DNA from: an uncultured candidate division Zixibacteria bacterium
Lineage (GTDB): Bacteria; Zixibacteria; MSB-5A5; GN15; FEB-12
Assembly (NCBI GenBank): GCA_963664195.1
Contig: OY760907.1
Coordinates: 1,920,001-1,984,000, forward strand
Direction of reading: 5' to 3'
DNA length: 64,000 bases
Shown: in pieces, positions 60,496-64,000 of the stretch
Position numbering within the stretch: the first letter of the stretch is position 1
How the letters are laid out: every line of letters starts with the position of its first letter
Made by a program: the position numbers and the translations under genes
The notes under the pieces: generated by a model
The model's input: the letters and a program-made list of their open reading frames with translations, nothing else
Told to the model about the DNA's origin: nothing
Database searches by the model: none

Positions 60496-60523
60496 TTGAC
60501 AGCCGTCGAAATTCCCTTATACT
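60496..60523 (+). promoter_or_regulatory. Sigma70-like promoter of the pyr operon
   Basis: TTGACA-16 nt-TATACT. Confidence 0.6.
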
Positions 60524-60562
60524 CAGCAGAACTTTAGCTGACCGACGGCAGCAATGCCGTTG

Positions 60563-60600
60563 AACCTTTTAAGGTGATCCCGCGAGGTCGCCAAGGGTTT
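60563..60600 (+). promoter_or_regulatory. PyrR-binding RNA loop (pyr attenuator)
   Basis: AACCTTTTAAGGTGATCCCGCGAGGTCGCCAAGGGTT fits the UUUAA..RUCCNGNGAGGY consensus and sits upstream of pyrR. Weak candidate terminator CGAATG..CATTCG-TTATTTT at ~60604-60634. Confidence 0.8.
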
Positions 60601-60701
60601 GCCCGAATGGACGCTCTTACACATTCGTTATTTTCCGCTCAAGCGCAGACCATCACGCAGCCTAATAATTGTGTCTACATATACTCCACGGAGGTACCGT
60701 C

Positions 60702-61331
60702 TTGCCGGTGAAAAAGGACGTAATCCTGAATGAAAAGCAGATCAAGCGCGCCCTGGCCCGTATCGCGCACGAGATCCTTGAACGCAACAGAGGGCCGGAA
60801 TCGATATGCCTCGTTGGAATCCTGACTCGCGGGGCTGATCTCGCCCGACGTATTGCTGACGCCATCGAGGACCTTGAGGGCGTGAAAGTGCCGGTCGGAC
60901 TGATGGATATCAGTCTGTACCGCGACGACGTACACTCCAAACTGGACCAGCCGATTGTCCAGCGCACGGACATTCTGTTCTCGGTCAAGGACAAGAACAT
61001 CATCCTCATTGATGACGTCTTGTTTACCGGCAGAACCATCCGTGCGGCGCTCAACCATATCACTGATTTCGGTCGTCCGCGCACAATCCAGCTGGCCGTG
61101 CTGGTCGACCGCGGACACCGTGAGCTGCCGATCAAAGCCGACTATGTGGGGGCCAACGTCCCGACCCGGCACTCCGACCAGGTCCAGCTCGAAGTCGCCG
61201 AAAAAGAGGGGGTCGATCAGGTCTACGTTGTCAAGGAAGGTGTCAAACCAAAGGTCAAAGCCAAAACCACAGCGAGGAAAAAAACTGCCTCCAAAGCAGG
61301 TTCCACCCGTAAGAAAGGAGGCAGGAAATGA
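60702..61331 (+). CDS. pyrR: PyrR pyrimidine regulatory protein / uracil phosphoribosyltransferase
   Basis: RIAHEILERN, DISLYRDD, LIDDVLFTGRT, LVDRGHRELPI; start placed after GGAGG. Confidence 0.95.
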   Translation: MPVKKDVILNEKQIKRALARIAHEILERNRGPESICLVGILTRGADLARRIADAIEDLEGVKVPVGLMDISLYRDDVHSKLDQPIVQRTDILFSVKDKNIILIDDVLFTGRTIRAALNHITDFGRPRTIQLAVLVDRGHRELPIKADYVGANVPTRHSDQVQLEVAEKEGVDQVYVVKEGVKPKVKAKTTARKKTASKAGSTRKKGGRK

Positions 61332-62263
61332 GCGGTCTCTCCTCACGCCACCTGCTCGGTTTGGAAGGAGTATCCCGGGAAGACATCTCCCTGATTCTGG
61401 ATACCACCGATACCTTCCGTGAAGTACTTGATCGCAGGATAAAAAAGCTGCCGACCCTGCGCGGTATTACCGTGCTGAATCTCTTCTACGAACCGTCCAC
61501 ACGGACCAAAATCTCGTTTGAACTGGCGGAAAAACGGCTCTCGGCCGACACGGTCAGCTTCTCCAAGGCAACTTCGTCAGTGAAGAAGGGGGAGTCGCTT
61601 CGTGACACGGTCCAGAATATCGAGGCTATGAAAATCGATATGGCCGTTGTTCGCCACGGTTCCACCGGTGTTCCATACTACCTGACGCAGTGCATGGACG
61701 CCAACATTATCAACGCCGGCGACGGCGCCCATGAGCACCCGACTCAGGCGCTGCTGGACATGTACACTATCCGCAAGAAGTACGGCAAACTCGACGGTCT
61801 CCGCGTCGTCCTGATCGGTGATGCCGCTCACAGCCGCGTAATCCGCTCCAACATCTGGGGACTCAAGACGATGGGGGCCTCGGTCGCCGTCTGCGGTCCG
61901 ACCACTTTGTTGCCCTATGAGGTTGAGCAGTTTGGCGTCGACGTTTACAGCAATCTTGACGAGGCTCTCGACGGTGCTGACGTGGTCAACGTGATGCGCA
62001 TTCAGCTGGAGCGTCAGCAGTCTGGAATGTTCCCCTCACGGCGCGAGTACAACAAGCTGTTCGGCGTCAATATGGATCGGCTGAAACGGCTCAATCGCAA
62101 CTACACGATCATGCACCCGGGACCGATGAACCGCGGGCTGGAAATCTCCAGCGAAGTCGCCGATGGCGACAAGTCGGTCATTCTCAGTCAGGTGACCAAC
62201 GGACAAGCGGTTCGAATGGCAGTGTTGTACCTGCTTTCCGGACGGAAAGAGGAAGGGGAATAA
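61328..62263 (+). CDS. pyrB: Aspartate carbamoyltransferase catalytic subunit
   Basis: FYEPSTRT, NAGDG.HEHPTQALLD, HPGPMNRG. Confidence 0.97.
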   Translation: MSGLSSRHLLGLEGVSREDISLILDTTDTFREVLDRRIKKLPTLRGITVLNLFYEPSTRTKISFELAEKRLSADTVSFSKATSSVKKGESLRDTVQNIEAMKIDMAVVRHGSTGVPYYLTQCMDANIINAGDGAHEHPTQALLDMYTIRKKYGKLDGLRVVLIGDAAHSRVIRSNIWGLKTMGASVAVCGPTTLLPYEVEQFGVDVYSNLDEALDGADVVNVMRIQLERQQSGMFPSRREYNKLFGVNMDRLKRLNRNYTIMHPGPMNRGLEISSEVADGDKSVILSQVTNGQAVRMAVLYLLSGRKEEGE

Positions 62264-62264
62264 G

Positions 62265-63578
62265 ATGGCCAGCAAGAAATACGATTTAGTAATAAAGAAC
62301 GGGCGAGTCATTGACCCTGCACTGGGATTCGGCAAAGACGCTCACCTGTTTATCAAGGACGGTAAGATTGCCGGGATTGAAACCGATTCTCCGGCCGTCG
62401 AGCGCACACTTGGCAGTTTTGACGAAGATCAGATTGTCGACGCCAAGGGTAAACTGGTTGTGCCGGGACTGATTGATGTCCACGTGCATCTTCGCGAACC
62501 CGGGCAGGAAAACGCCGAAACAGTTAAGTCCGGCTGTCAGGCCGCGGCCGCAGGCGGTTTTACAGCCGTGTGCTGTATGCCCAACACCGAACCGCGCATT
62601 GACAACCAGGAAACGGTGAAGTTCGTGCAGGATCGAGCCAAGAACGCCGATGCCCGCGTATATGTGGTCGGCGCGATCACCAAGAACACAGAGGGCAACG
62701 AACTCGCCGAAATCGGCGATCTGGTCGAAATGGGCGCGGTGGCCATTTCCGATGACGGCAACTACGTGCAGAATCCCCAGATCATGCGTCGCGCGCTCGA
62801 ATACTCAAAGATGTTCAACATCCCGGTGGCACAACATGCCGAGGACAATTTCCTTTGCGCCGGTGGCATTATGAATGAGTCCTTCCAGTCCAGCCGCCTG
62901 GGCATTAAGGGGCGCCCGCCTGTTGCCGAGGAAATCGCGGTGCTCAGGGATATCGCCCTCTGCCGTGTGACCGGTGCCCGCCTGCATATTCAGCACATCT
63001 CCACACGCCGAGCAGTCGAGGCGGTTCGTCAGGCCAAACGAGATGGCATAAACGTAACCACCGAGGCCACTCCCCAGCATTTTGTGCTCACCGATGATTT
63101 GATCGGTAAGGAGTTTGACACCAACCTTCGTGTCAATCCGCCGATTCGAAGCGCCGATGACCGCGATGCCGTTATCGAGGGGCTGGTGGATGGAACAATC
63201 GACTGTATTGCCTCCGATCACGCTCCGCATCCGACCGAGGACAAAGACGGTGAGTTCGATCTCGCTCCGTCGGGTATGATCGGCCTGGAGACCACGCTCG
63301 GTCTGGTCAAGACTTACTTGATCGACAAGGGGTACATGCAATGGGCGGATGCAATCCGCAAGATGACTCAGAACCCGGCCCGCATTTTCAACCTGCAGGG
63401 TGGGACGCTAGCCGTCGGAACAGTGGCGGATATTGCCATCATCGATCCGGACAAGAAATGGACGGTGAATGCCAACAAGTTCCTGTCTCGTTCAAAGAAT
63501 TCACCGTTCATCGGCTACCGTCTGTCAGGTAAGGCTGTCAAGACTCTGGTTGGTGGTCGGATCGTGTTTGGAGGTTGA
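62265..63578 (+). CDS. pyrC: Dihydroorotase
   Basis: DVHVHLREPG, GGFT...MPNT, NPPIR, SDHAPH. Confidence 0.95.
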   Translation: MASKKYDLVIKNGRVIDPALGFGKDAHLFIKDGKIAGIETDSPAVERTLGSFDEDQIVDAKGKLVVPGLIDVHVHLREPGQENAETVKSGCQAAAAGGFTAVCCMPNTEPRIDNQETVKFVQDRAKNADARVYVVGAITKNTEGNELAEIGDLVEMGAVAISDDGNYVQNPQIMRRALEYSKMFNIPVAQHAEDNFLCAGGIMNESFQSSRLGIKGRPPVAEEIAVLRDIALCRVTGARLHIQHISTRRAVEAVRQAKRDGINVTTEATPQHFVLTDDLIGKEFDTNLRVNPPIRSADDRDAVIEGLVDGTIDCIASDHAPHPTEDKDGEFDLAPSGMIGLETTLGLVKTYLIDKGYMQWADAIRKMTQNPARIFNLQGGTLAVGTVADIAIIDPDKKWTVNANKFLSRSKNSPFIGYRLSGKAVKTLVGGRIVFGG

Positions 63579-63584
63579 TGCCGG

Positions 63585-64000
63585 ATGAAGATTCACCTCG
63601 TACAGAAACGGATCGACAACACCAACCTGACGCCCTTCCTTGAGGGTGCCAAAGCTGCCGGCGCGGACTTGATCTGTTTCGGTGAGATGGCAACCACCGG
63701 TTGTATCTATGAACCGAGAGAGGTTGAGAGCCTCGATGTAGTACTCGATCAGTTGAAACCTTACGACTTCGCAGTCATGGTCGGGATGCCGTATATCACC
63801 GAACAGGGTGCGTACAACAGCTATCTGTACTGTCACAACGGGGAACACAAGTTGTATCATAAGATCAACTTGTTCCCACCGTTTGGTGAGCCGCAGTTGT
63901 TCCTGCCGGGAACCGAACCCGGAATCTGGGAGACGGACCTCGGCAAGATTGGTGTGGCGATATGCTACGACATTCGATTCGGGCAGGTGTTTGAGGATCT
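63585..64000 (+). CDS. Carbon-nitrogen hydrolase (nitrilase family), truncated by window end
   Basis: Own translation: MKIHLVQ...DLICFGEM...YNS...YHKINLF...ICYDIRF, containing the Glu-Lys-Cys triad motifs. Confidence 0.85.
   Translation, partial: MKIHLVQKRIDNTNLTPFLEGAKAAGADLICFGEMATTGCIYEPREVESLDVVLDQLKPYDFAVMVGMPYITEQGAYNSYLYCHNGEHKLYHKINLFPPFGEPQLFLPGTEPGIWETDLGKIGVAICYDIRFGQVFED

Noticed and set aside
1..64000. CRISPR arrays, tRNA or rRNA genes
   Set aside because: No regularly spaced repeats, cloverleaf or rRNA-like tracts seen by eye; not checked computationally.

Overview
Bacterial chromosomal window, moderately GC-rich. Dockerin-tipped and T9SS/FlgD-CTD secreted proteins, multiheme cytochromes and LPS genes suggest a diderm anaerobe such as candidate phylum Zixibacteria (inference only). 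From left to right: (1) a multiheme electron-transfer cluster with a cytochrome c/cytochrome b fusion, a NapC/NirT-like protein and a convergent MtrA/DmsE-like decaheme plus beta-barrel pair; (2) a ~4.8-kb tandem duplication; (3) SbcC/Rad50, thermonuclease, secreted proteins and a sigma54 response regulator; (4) a small AT-richer Thoeris-like (TIR + TM-macro) antiphage locus whose effector is cleanly split by an IS256 with an 8-bp target duplication, next to a RAYT transposase relic; (5) a TonB receptor-YfiR-hybrid kinase operon; (6) housekeeping genes (trpS, scpAB, rluB, a MacAB-TolC-like exporter with a 5-bp-duplication frameshift, ADP-heptose genes, accBC, pilT-like, gcvH/PA/PB, PyrR leader-pyrR-pyrB-pyrC). 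Each duplicated unit holds a sigma70 promoter, a ~1-kb 5' leader, a ~1160-aa secreted Cys-rich repeat protein ending in GEVED + dockerin, and a terminator. The most unusual signal is the leader. The two copies show multiple compensatory base changes and strand-specific G-U pairs, which indicates a large conserved RNA structure I cannot assign to a known family. Each leader also carries an RBS-led 157-codon ORF that overlaps the downstream start codon.
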